Shown: positions 8,767 through 18,223 of the stretch, piece after piece
Layout: every line of letters begins with the position of its first letter
Position numbering within the stretch: the stretch's first letter is position 1
IMG/VR virus record: IMGVR_UViG_3300028840_003906
Reading direction: 5' to 3' (one strand)
Length of the DNA stretch: 64,000 nucleotides
Origin: a virus
Program-made: the position numbers and the translations under genes
Notes under the pieces: model-generated
The model's input: only the letters and a program-made list of their open reading frames with translations
What the model was told of the DNA's origin: nothing
The model's database searches: none

Positions 8767-9494
8767 GCGATCCAAATCCGGTATGGAAAGACGGTATGCC
8801 CCGGTGCAACCCATCTGAGTGCGATTGTGACTTGAAGCCGATCTGTTTCCCGTACAGCAGGGAGCATGGCATGTGCGCGTTGGCTCTTCTTGAGGAGGGC
8901 CGGAAGAATTTCATCAACCTGACGAAAAGCAAGCGTGTCGTCCAGGAGTTGTACGACGAGGTCATCAAGCTGAAGGAGAGGATCAGGAACACGCCACAGG
9001 TGGTCCATCTGACGCGCGAGGACATCGATGGGGAGGTTTGGTTCTGGGATCCGGGCGGGGAGAACAATCTCGAATCCATGGGTGAGGACATGAAGGTCCT
9101 GATCTGCGCTCGGGATCTGAGGAAGTTGGTGGGTGAAAGGTCTGATGGGTATCGCTACTGTGATGTGTGTGGCGAGAGGATGACTCTGGACCAGGATACC
9201 TGGGTTTGTTTCCACGATCACAGCGAGATGTATCTTCTTCACTGTGATGAGGAGACGGGGAAAGTGAAGAGGATTCCATTGGAAACGAACTCAAGTTCGC
9301 CTCTGGAGGATCCGGCGCCGCACTTCTGCAAGAAGGATGAGCTTGTCGGCGAGGAGCATGATCCGTCGAGCGATCCGTTTGCACCTGGCGGGGATGGGCC
9401 TGTGTTGAGCGAGCAGGACATCAAGGACGCCATGGAGGAGGGCTGGAAGGCTTACAACGCTTTGAGGCCAAAGCCTAAGAGGGGTAGGTTCTGA
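8763..9494 (+). CDS. hypothetical protein
   Basis: AAGGAG RBS; several CxxC motifs; contains one copy of the palindrome. Confidence 0.7.
   Translation: MSDPNPVWKDGMPRCNPSECDCDLKPICFPYSREHGMCALALLEEGRKNFINLTKSKRVVQELYDEVIKLKERIRNTPQVVHLTREDIDGEVWFWDPGGENNLESMGEDMKVLICARDLRKLVGERSDGYRYCDVCGERMTLDQDTWVCFHDHSEMYLLHCDEETGKVKRIPLETNSSSPLEDPAPHFCKKDELVGEEHDPSSDPFAPGGDGPVLSEQDIKDAMEEGWKAYNALRPKPKRGRF
9285..9300. repeat. 16-bp near-palindrome, copy 3
   Basis: aCGAACTCAAGTTCGc; mid-CDS. Confidence 0.95.
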
Positions 9495-9652
9495 AGTGTG
9501 GAGAGCTGAATGAAATTGCTTTTGGCCGTGATTGATGTTGTATGGGACGCCCTGGATGTTTTGGATTGGTTCCTGTTGTGCTGGCCGTTGGTGTTGGCTC
9601 TTTGCGTGGAGGACAGGATCTTGAAGGAGAGCAAGATGAGGAGGAGGTGGGA

Positions 9653-10204
9653 ATGAGTTATTGTGCAACGATGGTTTTGAAGAAGGGCGATGTTTCCGAT
9701 CTGAAAAAGTACAAGAACTCGTGGGGGTTCTTCGCGTTTGTCTGGGACAAGCTCTGGGACAAGTACATCGAGAAGAAGCACGAGTATGACAACTGGCTCA
9801 GTGCCGGTGCGACAGGTGACACGCGTCTGTGGGATCTTCATGATGACGATCGGCTCAAGGACTACGAGCGCCAGGTGTTGAAGATGACCCTCGACTATGC
9901 TGCTGTCAGGTTTGAGGATCTCCAGAATGCTGCGGATGCATTGTGGGCGTTCTTGCGGAAGTATCCGGCGATGGATCGCGTCTGTCATCTGGAGGGGATC
10001 GCAGACGATCTGGTGGAACTTTCGGAGTCGGGCAGCACGGATGTCGTTGGGGTCGGTTTCTACGGGACGTCGGTGGTGGAGAATCCTTGGTATTCGTACG
10101 ACGAAGAGTTGGATAGGTACACAGGAGTCGACATCACCGATCCGGATGGTCCTGGGTGGTTTGTTGATTTCTCGGGGGATCAGGATGAATCCTCCGATTC
10201 GTGA
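9653..10204 (+). CDS. hypothetical protein
   Basis: GGAGGTG RBS before ATG 9653. Confidence 0.72.
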   Translation: MSYCATMVLKKGDVSDLKKYKNSWGFFAFVWDKLWDKYIEKKHEYDNWLSAGATGDTRLWDLHDDDRLKDYERQVLKMTLDYAAVRFEDLQNAADALWAFLRKYPAMDRVCHLEGIADDLVELSESGSTDVVGVGFYGTSVVENPWYSYDEELDRYTGVDITDPDGPGWFVDFSGDQDESSDS

Positions 10205-10361
10205 CGCCAGGTACAAGTGCTGCTCCTGTGGATGGCGCTGGAAGGGCGTACGAGGCCCGGGAGGGGGTCCCTGTCCGAAGTGTGGCAGTCTGTACTGGGA
10301 ATGGACCAACAGGGGTGCCTCTCGGCGCGGTGGCGGCAGGAAGCCAAGGAGGAAGAGGTGA
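10185..10361 (+). CDS. small zinc-ribbon protein
   Basis: KCCSCGW...CPKCGS. Confidence 0.55.
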   Translation: MNPPIRDARYKCCSCGWRWKGVRGPGGGPCPKCGSLYWEWTNRGASRRGGGRKPRRKR

Positions 10362-10678
10362 TCGACAAGACTATATCTGACAAAGTGGACTGCGTGCTGA
10401 AGGTCTTGATGGCGAATCGGCCGGGAGATGCGATCGAATACCTGACGGCGATCAAGGAACAGTCCGCCGAGATGGAGAAGGAATTGGAACGTGCGAAGCA
10501 GCAGCAGTGCTCTTGGGCGACAGGCCCTCATGATGATTCATGCGACATTGTGAAGGGGCTGGAGAGGCAGAGGGATGCTGCGCGTTCGGAACTGTCGAGG
10601 ATCAATGAGCGTGTTGACGATCTGGAGCAGAAGCAGATGATCGCAAATGGTGTATACGGGCCTATTGATGATGATTAA
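10358..10678 (+). CDS. hypothetical coiled-coil protein
   Basis: AAGGAGG RBS and GTG start. Confidence 0.65.
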   Translation: MIDKTISDKVDCVLKVLMANRPGDAIEYLTAIKEQSAEMEKELERAKQQQCSWATGPHDDSCDIVKGLERQRDAARSELSRINERVDDLEQKQMIANGVYGPIDDD

Positions 10679-10679
10679 C

Positions 10680-10695
10680 GCGAACTCAAGTTCGC
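10680..10695. repeat. 16-bp near-palindrome, copy 4
   Basis: gCGAACTCAAGTTCGc; between stop codon and RBS. Confidence 0.95.
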
Positions 10696-10712
10696 TCTAC
10701 AAGGAGGAAGAG

Positions 10713-10997
10713 ATGGAAGAAGAGCTGTTGATGTGGTGTCCGCATTGCGAGGACATGGAAGATGTGGGTCCTGGGCTTTGCTGTGTTGAGTGTGGAACTC
10801 CGATGGTGATCAAGCATTCGTACGCAACGAACATGATTCAGTCTCTTCGGAAGGCTGAGCGTCAAAGGGATGAGTTGAGGAAGTCTCTGCAGGGGGCGAA
10901 TGCTTCGCTCCGAAGTGTCAAGGAGGCGATTCTAGAGATCGAGCAGGACGGGTGCAAGCAGGAGCACCTGAAGAAACTGCACGAGGCTCTCCTGTGA
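10713..10997 (+). CDS. zinc-ribbon plus coiled-coil protein
   Basis: AAGGAGG RBS; WCPHC...CVECG. Confidence 0.7.
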   Translation: MEEELLMWCPHCEDMEDVGPGLCCVECGTPMVIKHSYATNMIQSLRKAERQRDELRKSLQGANASLRSVKEAILEIEQDGCKQEHLKKLHEALL

Positions 10998-11260
10998 TCG
11001 CAGAATTCTTGATGCACGTGGCCGGGTTCGATGCGATCTGGTACGCGCATCCCGGGAAGTACAGCTTCTTCTCGGATGGCCGCTGGCACGCAGGACACTG
11101 GTCTGGGCCGGACGGGGATCTCGTGTGCGTCAGAATGTGCGCAACGAAGGAAGTCGCCGAGAAAAGCCTGTCTCCTGGCTCTCACACCGTAGTTGGAGCG
11201 CTCTTGAAGGCTTTGGTTGTCAGGAGGCACCCTGAGGTCGGGCGGATTCTTTGGAGGTGA
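10994..11260 (+). CDS. hypothetical protein
   Basis: GTGA overlap with upstream stop. Confidence 0.55.
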   Translation: MIAEFLMHVAGFDAIWYAHPGKYSFFSDGRWHAGHWSGPDGDLVCVRMCATKEVAEKSLSPGSHTVVGALLKALVVRRHPEVGRILWR

Positions 11261-11262
11261 AT

Positions 11263-11278
11263 GCGAACTTGAGTTCGT
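11263..11278. repeat. 16-bp near-palindrome, copy 5
   Basis: gCGAACTTGAGTTCGt; between stop codon and RBS. Confidence 0.95.
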
Positions 11279-11296
11279 TTTTGAAGGAGGTTGCAG

Positions 11297-11698
11297 GTGG
11301 ATACACCGATTCCGAAGCGGATACTTGAGATGGCGGAGAAGTACGATGTCAAGGTTTCCCGGGACACTGAGATGTGCGACAGGAACCAGGCTGCGTATGC
11401 GCACGAGATCTGGCTTGGTGAGTTCGATGATCCCGGGATAGAACTCGCGGCATTCTTTCACGAGCTGGCGCATCTCAAGGCGAACAAGATGGTGATGAGG
11501 CGCGGTTCGTCCCTGTCTCAGCTGTCCTGCGAGGGATTGGCCTGGGAGCTAGGGTTTGGCCTCGCCTTCGAGAACGGGTATCATTGGGGGTACGACAGCA
11601 AGCAGGCGAAGTATGCCCGCAAATGTCTGTTCAGCTACCTTGGTCATGAGGTGACAGAGCAGGAGATTGAAGAAGTGGAGAAGAACGATGAAGAGTAA
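11297..11698 (+). CDS. putative zincin-like (ImmA/IrrE-type) metallopeptidase
   Basis: FFHELAH (HEXXH) and downstream CEGLAW; GAAGGAGG RBS. Confidence 0.65.
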   Translation: MDTPIPKRILEMAEKYDVKVSRDTEMCDRNQAAYAHEIWLGEFDDPGIELAAFFHELAHLKANKMVMRRGSSLSQLSCEGLAWELGFGLAFENGYHWGYDSKQAKYARKCLFSYLGHEVTEQEIEEVEKNDEE

Positions 11699-11900
11699 AG
11701 TCGTTGTGAAGATGAAGGATTCGTATCACGCGAGGAAGCTCGCGGAGGCCCTCAAGAAGTGGCTCAGCATGTCGGATGCTGGTGGGGATGCGCACCTGGC
11801 GTTCCTGTCTGGACGTGGAGAGAAGCCCGTCGACATGGGCTTTGTGGGGCACGATGTTCGAGTTGGAGACGTCTCTGTGGAGGATGACGAGGAGAAGTAG
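11688..11900 (+). CDS. hypothetical protein
   Basis: GGAG RBS; packed in operon. Confidence 0.6.
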   Translation: MKSKVVVKMKDSYHARKLAEALKKWLSMSDAGGDAHLAFLSGRGEKPVDMGFVGHDVRVGDVSVEDDEEK

Positions 11901-11901
11901 T

Positions 11902-12090
11902 GTGTGGTTGACGAGGGTGTTTGATCTTTTGTTTCCTCCTCCAGATGTTGGCCCGGACCCAGAGGAGCTTCGGAGGAAGCGGGATGAGAAATGGGAGCGC
12001 CGCAACAAGGAGCCATACCTGGAGAGAAGGCTGAGGATCCGGAGGATGTTGAAGGATGCTTTCGTGGAAAGAGGTGATCTGGATGACTGA
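11902..12090 (+). CDS. hypothetical protein
   Basis: GGAG RBS and GTG start; fills gap. Confidence 0.5.
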   Translation: MWLTRVFDLLFPPPDVGPDPEELRRKRDEKWERRNKEPYLERRLRIRRMLKDAFVERGDLDD

Positions 12091-12532
12091 TGTTTGGGAG
12101 AAGAAAGAGTTGACTTTGCTGCAGAAGGTCTTCGGTCCTCCGCTGATCCTGTTCATGGTTCTGGCGTCGTGGATGCATTCATTGGTGAAGTTGGCGACGT
12201 TTAAGCTTCCATGGAACCAGTTCGCGTACAGGATCTTGTACCCTCAATTCTGGCTCGTTCGTCCGCACTTCATGTGGAGACAGGTGCAGGATGTCTGCGA
12301 CGTGTTCGTCGGCCATGAGCTTTCGGAGACCGAGTGGGGATACGGTGGAGGAGAGTACGCGGATCTGCACTGCCGGTGGTGCGACAGGTGCTTCCAGGTT
12401 CGGCTTGAGGATACGTACGACAAGTTTCCTCACGCGCGACAGATGGCCTGGAAGATGAATCAGCTTGGTGGATGTGAGAGCAAGGATGAAGCGGTGAAAG
12501 AGATCCGAAATTTCGCTGACAAAATTGGTTGA
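12083..12532 (+). CDS. hypothetical protein
   Basis: GAGGTGA RBS; C..GH..CRWC motif. Confidence 0.7.
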   Translation: MTDVWEKKELTLLQKVFGPPLILFMVLASWMHSLVKLATFKLPWNQFAYRILYPQFWLVRPHFMWRQVQDVCDVFVGHELSETEWGYGGGEYADLHCRWCDRCFQVRLEDTYDKFPHARQMAWKMNQLGGCESKDEAVKEIRNFADKIG

Positions 12533-12557
12533 CAAACGCTCTTTTCTGCCACATTAT
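12529..12557 (+). promoter_or_regulatory. sigma70-like promoter
   Basis: TTGACA-17 nt-CATTAT. Confidence 0.55.
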
Positions 12558-12599
12558 GCTGTGAAAGATGCCTGGCGCGATGCTGGGAGGAGGGTTTCG

Positions 12600-12857
12600 A
12601 TGATAGTTCAGATGAAAAGGTTTCGAGAGTGCGAGGAGTCTTTGTTGGATCGGGAGGCTTACGAGGATATCTTCGGCCCATGTGATGGGAAGCATTGTGG
12701 TGGTGGACCTTGTCGTGTGCAGAAGGACAAGAGTTCCAGTGTTGAAGATAAGTCGCTCCATGATCTTCTGAGAGAACAGGAGGAGAAACTTGGGTGTCGT
12801 ATTGTGGCAACGTCTGGGGACTTCATCCTGTTCGGCAAGGAGTACCTAGATGAGTGA
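12600..12857 (+). CDS. hypothetical protein
   Basis: GGGAGGAGG RBS before ATG 12600. Confidence 0.6.
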   Translation: MIVQMKRFRECEESLLDREAYEDIFGPCDGKHCGGGPCRVQKDKSSSVEDKSLHDLLREQEEKLGCRIVATSGDFILFGKEYLDE

Positions 12858-13209
12858 GAGGTTCTACGAGAAGGTTTGCGAGCTGATAGAGAAGGGCTGG
12901 TACCTTGAGTTCGCCAGGATCGATGATGACATTCAGGTAATAGCGACGTCAGGTAGCACAGAGATTTGTATTTCGGGGGGTGAGACCCGGGGTGTCGTGG
13001 ACGACCTGCACAATCGAATTACACGCCCGGATGCGCATGCTGATGTTGTTGTTGTCTGCCTGAATTGTGGGGGGAACGGAACCATGGGGAGCGATCGTGT
13101 TGAATTGGGGGAGATCAGGGTGTGCCCCATATGCGACGGCGACGGGACGCTCGATATGAAGAAGCACAATCTGGAAGAAGACGAACTCAAGTTCGTCAAG
13201 GAGGAGTAG
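12850..13209 (+). CDS. protein with DnaJ-type CxxCxGxG zinc-finger repeats
   Basis: CLNCGGNG and CPICDGDG. Confidence 0.65.
   Translation: MSERFYEKVCELIEKGWYLEFARIDDDIQVIATSGSTEICISGGETRGVVDDLHNRITRPDAHADVVVVCLNCGGNGTMGSDRVELGEIRVCPICDGDGTLDMKKHNLEEDELKFVKEE
13181..13196. repeat. 16-bp near-palindrome, copy 6
   Basis: aCGAACTCAAGTTCGt; 3' end of a CDS, before the next RBS. Confidence 0.95.
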
Positions 13210-13211
13210 AA

Positions 13212-13859
13212 GTGTCGAAGCATCCACACCTGTGTGAAAAGCATGGTTTCATCGACCAGATCGACGGAGGTGGAATCAAGTCATTCGTGGAGTGCCCGCT
13301 GTGCGAGCTGGAGGAGGCAAGGAAGCAGATCCAAGGCATGAAGGTTGCTTTGGCTGCATGGTCGAACGGGAAGCACGCGGAGTGGTGTGCGTCTGGCTGT
13401 GGGTACGATTGCAACTGTGGGCTTTCGTTTTTGGAGGGAGATCTGCAAAAGGGGCTGGATGATTTCAAGGCTGGCCGTACGTCGCGGAAGGCGGTCGAGG
13501 AGTTGCTTGGCGATGAGACTGGGTCGATCGAGGCCCCGATCGCTCAGGAGTCTTGCGTGAGACCGTCGACGTTGGCCCATGTCTTCCCCTGCATGTCTGT
13601 GGAGGGTAAGTATGAGCCTGAAGGTGTTGCCCAGAGGATCATGCAGGCACTTGCTCTGAAGGGGGACGTTTTCAGGATCCTTTCCTGGGAGGAGTATCGC
13701 GACTATGTTGGACGTACCAGGACGATCGACGAGAGGTACTTCCTGGGAGTGGTAGATGATTGCGCATCTGAAGAGCGTGCGCGAGCGTTCTCGGGCGTGT
13801 GGAACAAGACCGCCGAGGAGGCTGAGAAGAACGAGACGATGGCGAGATTCGCCGAGTGA
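13212..13859 (+). CDS. hypothetical protein
   Basis: GAGGAG RBS and GTG start; CEKHG...CPLC. Confidence 0.65.
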   Translation: MSKHPHLCEKHGFIDQIDGGGIKSFVECPLCELEEARKQIQGMKVALAAWSNGKHAEWCASGCGYDCNCGLSFLEGDLQKGLDDFKAGRTSRKAVEELLGDETGSIEAPIAQESCVRPSTLAHVFPCMSVEGKYEPEGVAQRIMQALALKGDVFRILSWEEYRDYVGRTRTIDERYFLGVVDDCASEERARAFSGVWNKTAEEAEKNETMARFAE

Positions 13860-13866
13860 GGGTGAC

Positions 13867-14040
13867 ATGGGTTACACAACGACAGAGCACTACATCAAGC
13901 AATGCGCGGGGAAGGTTGGTCACTACAGCAAGTGGAGGGCTGACATCGCCAGGGCCAGGTCCGAGATCAAGTTCGGAACGAGGATGAACACGTACCGCTG
14001 CCCGTACTGCAACAGGTGGCACGTCGGGAGCGCGAAATAG
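13867..14040 (+). CDS. small zinc-binding phage protein
   Basis: YRCPYCNRWHV motif; GAGGGTG RBS. Confidence 0.65.
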   Translation: MGYTTTEHYIKQCAGKVGHYSKWRADIARARSEIKFGTRMNTYRCPYCNRWHVGSAK

Positions 14041-14051
14041 GAAGAGGTGAA

Positions 14052-14438
14052 ATGATGAAAAAGCTGAGTGAAAGGGTTCATATTTCAGAGGCATCTCCAG
14101 GGGTCGTCGAGGAGATACGGAAGCTCGAATCTGAACTTGTCGCGATGACAAAAAGAGTTGAAGCTGCTGAGACCGAGATCGTGGAGAGCGAAACGAAGCT
14201 TGATGCGATGGCGGAGCGGCAGGAGTCGGCGGAGAGAAACCTTGAGTCTCTGACCATCCGATACTCTGCAGAACATGGTCGCGCCGAGTCCGCCGAGAAG
14301 CAGCTTAAGGCGGTCAAGGAATTGGACTGGGAGCAGATTGAAGCGTGGGCTATCGGGCACAGGGATGCGCTGATTGGCACGGATCATTTTGACAAGGCTC
14401 AAGAACATCTCGAAAAAATACGCGTCCTGCGCGGATAG
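14052..14438 (+). CDS. coiled-coil hypothetical protein
   Basis: GAGGTGA RBS. Confidence 0.68.
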   Translation: MMKKLSERVHISEASPGVVEEIRKLESELVAMTKRVEAAETEIVESETKLDAMAERQESAERNLESLTIRYSAEHGRAESAEKQLKAVKELDWEQIEAWAIGHRDALIGTDHFDKAQEHLEKIRVLRG

Positions 14439-14443
14439 GTGAC

Positions 14444-14749
14444 ATGATGAGTCCTGCGATGACTGGCACGAAAACGCACCCGGAGCCGAGGCGGGTTGTG
14501 TGTCGATTTACAGGGAAGGTGATTACAAAATACCCGGCTCCCGTTGAATGGATCATTCCGGACGGAGACTACTGCGACGATCGATGTGAAGGCCACACAA
14601 GGAAGGCGCACCCGTTGCAGAAGGTTCCGATTTCGTGTCGGATCTTCAGGAAGGACAACAGCCGGGAGTGGGATACGTATTCACGAACATACCTTCGCTG
14701 CTCTGCGTGTGTGGCGTGGACGAAGCAGTTTGATGGGGAGGTAGGATGA
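14444..14749 (+). CDS. Cys-rich hypothetical protein
   Basis: AGGTGA RBS; five Cys. Confidence 0.6.
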   Translation: MMSPAMTGTKTHPEPRRVVCRFTGKVITKYPAPVEWIIPDGDYCDDRCEGHTRKAHPLQKVPISCRIFRKDNSREWDTYSRTYLRCSACVAWTKQFDGEVG

Positions 14750-14925
14750 CTAAGTATATCTACGCAGTGGGTATTTTTTTTGCTGGGGCCGTGATGTCAA
14801 GCAATGTCGTGCATTTGATCGGGACGAGTTCCACGTACAACGCTGCATGGTGGAAAGTCGTGGCCTCGATTGTGGTTGCGATTTTCTTGATCAGAGAAGT
14901 GATACTGGAGTCTTCTCATGGATAG
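14746..14925 (+). CDS. small two-TM membrane protein (59 aa, not in ORF track)
   Basis: GGGGAGG RBS; MTKYIYAVGIFFAGAV...WWKVVASIVVAIFLIREV. Confidence 0.6.
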   Translation: MTKYIYAVGIFFAGAVMSSNVVHLIGTSSTYNAAWWKVVASIVVAIFLIREVILESSHG

Positions 14926-15055
14926 CACGAGAACAGCACCTGCGCCGCCACGGGATATTCTTTAGGGCGCAGAGGGCGCAGAGGAATCCCCCAATGACTA
15001 ACGCGAAAAATATGAGGCGTATCAACAGATAGACACAAACCTACGGAGGTACAGA

Positions 15056-15328
15056 ATGAAAAAACAAATCGAAAAAATCATACTAGAAGCCCTAGACATA
15101 CTAGAAGCGAGCGCAACGCGCCCCGGCGACCGCGAGCGAGCCGAGAGAATCGCCGAGGCGCGGGCGGTGGTGGAGGCGTTGGGCGAACTAGATCTAAATC
15201 TATACTCTGAGATGCTCGGAATTGAGTCGGATTTCCAAGATCTTGTCGGCAGAAATCTTATCAACCGTGACTACTACGAAAAACAACGAGAAATAATCCG
15301 ACGCATCACCGGCAGTGAGGAGGAGTAA
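15056..15328 (+). CDS. hypothetical protein
   Basis: GGAGGT RBS; atypical A-rich codon usage. Confidence 0.68.
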   Translation: MKKQIEKIILEALDILEASATRPGDRERAERIAEARAVVEALGELDLNLYSEMLGIESDFQDLVGRNLINRDYYEKQREIIRRITGSEEE

Positions 15329-15329
15329 G

Positions 15330-15572
15330 ATGGGACGAAGAATAAAGAAGAGGACGTACCTGAAGAAGCTGGAGGATCTGATTCTGAAGGCGAAGAAGGA
15401 TGGGTACACCATGTTTGTGGATTGTGACCGTGGGTTCGTGATTGCTGACACCGAGGACTTCGTCGGCGCCGAGGATCTCAGGGAGGTAGAAGGTGAGAGC
15501 ATTTCTCTTGACAGGCTCGCCATGTGCGGTACGCCTGCTCTCCCTCGGATGACGCAAAGCGGGAACGGGTGA
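15330..15572 (+). CDS. hypothetical protein
   Basis: GAGGAG RBS. Confidence 0.65.
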   Translation: MGRRIKKRTYLKKLEDLILKAKKDGYTMFVDCDRGFVIADTEDFVGAEDLREVEGESISLDRLAMCGTPALPRMTQSGNG

Positions 15573-15575
15573 AGC

Positions 15576-15821
15576 ATGGCGTGTTCGGTGATTGTGGATG
15601 GGAAGGTTCTTGACTTCGTGTACAGGAAGTCGCTGGAGTTTTCCTACAACTTCTACATTGGTGATGTTTTGGTTGGGCAGGTTTTCAGGGCAGGACGTGG
15701 GAATTGGACTGCTGTCTCATGGAAGAAGCCGAGCAAGCTGTGCCCGGTGGAGGGGTTCAGGAGTCGATATCATGCGAGCGAGTTCCTGTTGAAGCTGAAC
15801 GGGTACTGTGACAGGGGATGA
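15576..15821 (+). CDS. hypothetical protein
   Basis: ORF track; packed in operon. Confidence 0.65.
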   Translation: MACSVIVDGKVLDFVYRKSLEFSYNFYIGDVLVGQVFRAGRGNWTAVSWKKPSKLCPVEGFRSRYHASEFLLKLNGYCDRG

Positions 15822-15997
15822 CGATGATTGAATATATTTTATGGATATTGGGTTCTTCGTTGGCAATCGCAGTGGTGGGGACTGTGGTGATTTGGCTCTG
15901 GGGTAAGCTCGCGGACATTTTCGAGTCATAGGTGGATTCGAGTCGGAACGCGAGAAGAAGAATCCGGGAGAGAGGGTACATGGAAGCGGAGGGTTAG

Positions 15998-16594
15998 ATG
16001 CTGCCAACAACACTTGACATCGAGAGCATCGGGAAGAAGGTCTGGTTGACTTCGGATCTCCACTTCGGGCATGAGACGGTTTGGGAGGGGTGTGATCGGC
16101 CCGGTAAGAACGTCGACAAGATGGACGCCCTGTTGCTTCGGAACATGCGAGAGAAGGTCGGGGAGAAGGATGTGCTCATCGTTGCCGGAGATCTCACGCT
16201 GTTCGGGGAGAACAAGCAGCGGTTTGTTGAGCGGATGATCGAGCAGATGCCTGGAACGAAGATCCTCGTCTACGGGAACCACGATCGGTTCAAGCCGAGG
16301 TGGTACCTCAACCGTGGGTTCGTCCTGGCGGCGACGTCGTTGGTCCTTCCTGGTGGGGTTCTGGTGACCCACGACCCGGTGGACGCGACGGTCTGGCCGC
16401 ACGACAGGCCGGTGCTGTGTGGGCACGTCCACAGGCTGTTTCGAAAGATCGAGAATGTGGTGAATGTTGGGGTTGACGTCTGGAACTACGAGCCGGTCTT
16501 GCTGGAGGATGCGCTTGAGCTGGCGGGAGATGAGCCAAGGGAGCCTCGTGACTGGGGGATGGTGTCCAAGAATAGGCACGGCGAGTCACGGTGA
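15998..16594 (+). CDS. calcineurin-like metallophosphoesterase
   Basis: SDLHFGH, AGD, GNHD, TH and GHVH motifs. Confidence 0.9.
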   Translation: MLPTTLDIESIGKKVWLTSDLHFGHETVWEGCDRPGKNVDKMDALLLRNMREKVGEKDVLIVAGDLTLFGENKQRFVERMIEQMPGTKILVYGNHDRFKPRWYLNRGFVLAATSLVLPGGVLVTHDPVDATVWPHDRPVLCGHVHRLFRKIENVVNVGVDVWNYEPVLLEDALELAGDEPREPRDWGMVSKNRHGESR

Positions 16595-16607
16595 TGGTTG
16601 CTGAAAA

Positions 16608-16623
16608 GCGAACTTGAGTTCGC
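16608..16623. repeat. 16-bp near-palindrome, copy 7
   Basis: gCGAACTTGAGTTCGc; just before an AGGAG RBS. Confidence 0.95.
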
Positions 16624-16636
16624 TAGGAGATGGTTG

Positions 16637-17080
16637 ATGCTGAAGAGAAGATGTCAGGGTGTCACGAAGAGCTGGCCGTGGAGGGGATCCCAGTGTGCCA
16701 ACGAGGCCAAGATGGAGAAGGACGGTGTCTGGTACTGCCCTGTCCACTACGGCATTGAGGTGGATTCCCCGGGAGAGATGGCGGAGATCAAGGGGAAGAG
16801 CAAGTACAAGGACTGCGATTTCCGTGAGTTTCACGAGGACTGGAGCACCGATTCTGATGTGAAGAATATCGATCTCGTTGGCAAGCGAGTGTTCTCGAAG
16901 ATCGAGCTGAAGTGGGATGAGGGTGAGCGTGTGGAGCCTGGATTTACGGGTGAGATCGTCGAGGAGGATGGTTCTGTCTTCTTCTGGATCGACGGTGAGG
17001 ACAAAAAGGAGTGTGCGTGGCGCCTCCGTCTGGATCCTGATGCGGAGGCTCACTTTGGGATCTCGGAGGACGAGCGATGA
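16637..17080 (+). CDS. hypothetical protein
   Basis: AGGAG RBS before ATG 16637; RCQG...QC...WYCPVH. Confidence 0.65.
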   Translation: MLKRRCQGVTKSWPWRGSQCANEAKMEKDGVWYCPVHYGIEVDSPGEMAEIKGKSKYKDCDFREFHEDWSTDSDVKNIDLVGKRVFSKIELKWDEGERVEPGFTGEIVEEDGSVFFWIDGEDKKECAWRLRLDPDAEAHFGISEDER

Positions 17081-17397
17081 CGGTACCTACTTTCAAGGGG
17101 TTGCGGGGGAACATGGAGTTCTGGATTGTTCTCTCGTTGATATTCTTCGGTGTCCTCGGCTGGGTGGGGCATGAGTTCAGCTCTGAGTATGATGCTCAGA
17201 GGTGTGTCGCGGGGGAGAACCTGCTGGGGTTCAAGTTGCCTGGTTACAAGTATGATGAGGACGGTACCTGCTGGAGCTGTTGCGGCACGACACGGGCCAT
17301 GAGCGATTCTGCTCTTATGGTTTGCGATAGGAAACGCCAGGAAGCCTTCGATCCGGAGTGGTACGAGATGGAGAGAGAGTGCAGGGGTGGAAAATGA
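17077..17397 (+). CDS. membrane-anchored Cys-rich protein
   Basis: N-terminal TM segment and four Cys. Confidence 0.62.
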   Translation: MTVPTFKGLRGNMEFWIVLSLIFFGVLGWVGHEFSSEYDAQRCVAGENLLGFKLPGYKYDEDGTCWSCCGTTRAMSDSALMVCDRKRQEAFDPEWYEMERECRGGK

Positions 17398-17771
17398 GAC
17401 GACCGCCGATGAGGATTGAGCCGAAGTGCCTGCGCGACCACACGATGGTCCGATCGAAGCGATTTTTGTGCCGTGGGGTGTTGAACAGGAGGTCGATGAT
17501 TCTTTCAGATTGTCGGCTTTGTGCAATGTACTCTCTGGCCCAGCGTCGCGACAGGGGGCTTGCGAAGCTTGGACATTTCGTTGAGGACAGTGAGCCCAGG
17601 AAGCACTTCTGGTGCTGGTCGGATACGGCGATCGAGCACGATTGCCTGGGTGGTTTCGTTGCGTGCCATGGGTGCAAGCGCAAGGGGGATCGGCTGGAGA
17701 TGGAGATTCAGCGCGATGGGTTTCTCAAGTTTATGCTGCGGAAGTTCCGTGGTTTCATGATGGAGGGGTAG
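17394..17771 (+). CDS. Cys-rich protein, paralog of 23500..23973
   Basis: LNRR...CW..DC.GGF.ACHGC shared with 23500..23973. Confidence 0.65.
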   Translation: MRRPPMRIEPKCLRDHTMVRSKRFLCRGVLNRRSMILSDCRLCAMYSLAQRRDRGLAKLGHFVEDSEPRKHFWCWSDTAIEHDCLGGFVACHGCKRKGDRLEMEIQRDGFLKFMLRKFRGFMMEG

Positions 17772-17773
17772 GG

Positions 17774-18223
17774 ATGAAAATCGAGGAGATGCGGAGAGAG
17801 TTTGATACGTGGGTTTCGTCTCATTGTGGGGCTCTGATGAGTTGCCCGGCGTCGAAGTATTGTGGTAGTGACAGTTGCTTCGAGGCTTTCGAGAGGTGGC
17901 AGGCGACAGCTGAAGATGCGGGACTTCGGCTGCAGAGCGCCTGTGCGGACTGTGGTGCCCCGTTCTTCCCAGGTTCCAGCTTCTGTGCGAAGTGCGGGGC
18001 CAAGCGGGAGAAGGCGGCCCAGGGGAGCCCTGAGTGCGGTTGTGGGTGCGGTTGCCATATACTTGATCCGGTTGTGTCCAATGAGGAGACGATGGAGGAG
18101 ATGTATTTGCCTGGAGTGAAGGGCAAGAAGTGCCTCGATTATCACAAGCTCGGAGAGCATGCGTGTAATTCGTGCTTCTACAACGGGCGTTGTGAGTACC
18201 TGAAAGGGGAGGGAGAGAGATGA
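17774..18223 (+). CDS. multi-zinc-ribbon protein
   Basis: CADCGAPFFPGSSFCAKCG (double zinc ribbon) plus further Cys clusters. Confidence 0.68.
   Translation: MKIEEMRREFDTWVSSHCGALMSCPASKYCGSDSCFEAFERWQATAEDAGLRLQSACADCGAPFFPGSSFCAKCGAKREKAAQGSPECGCGCGCHILDPVVSNEETMEEMYLPGVKGKKCLDYHKLGEHACNSCFYNGRCEYLKGEGER

Noticed and set aside
7122-9242. Long minus-strand ORFs (also 72..1361, 42063..43364, 50614..52908, 55020..56651, 59030..60796 and others)
   Set aside because: They are antisense shadows of well-supported + strand genes, have no RBS or recognisable motifs, and arise because biased codon usage leaves few stops on the opposite strand.
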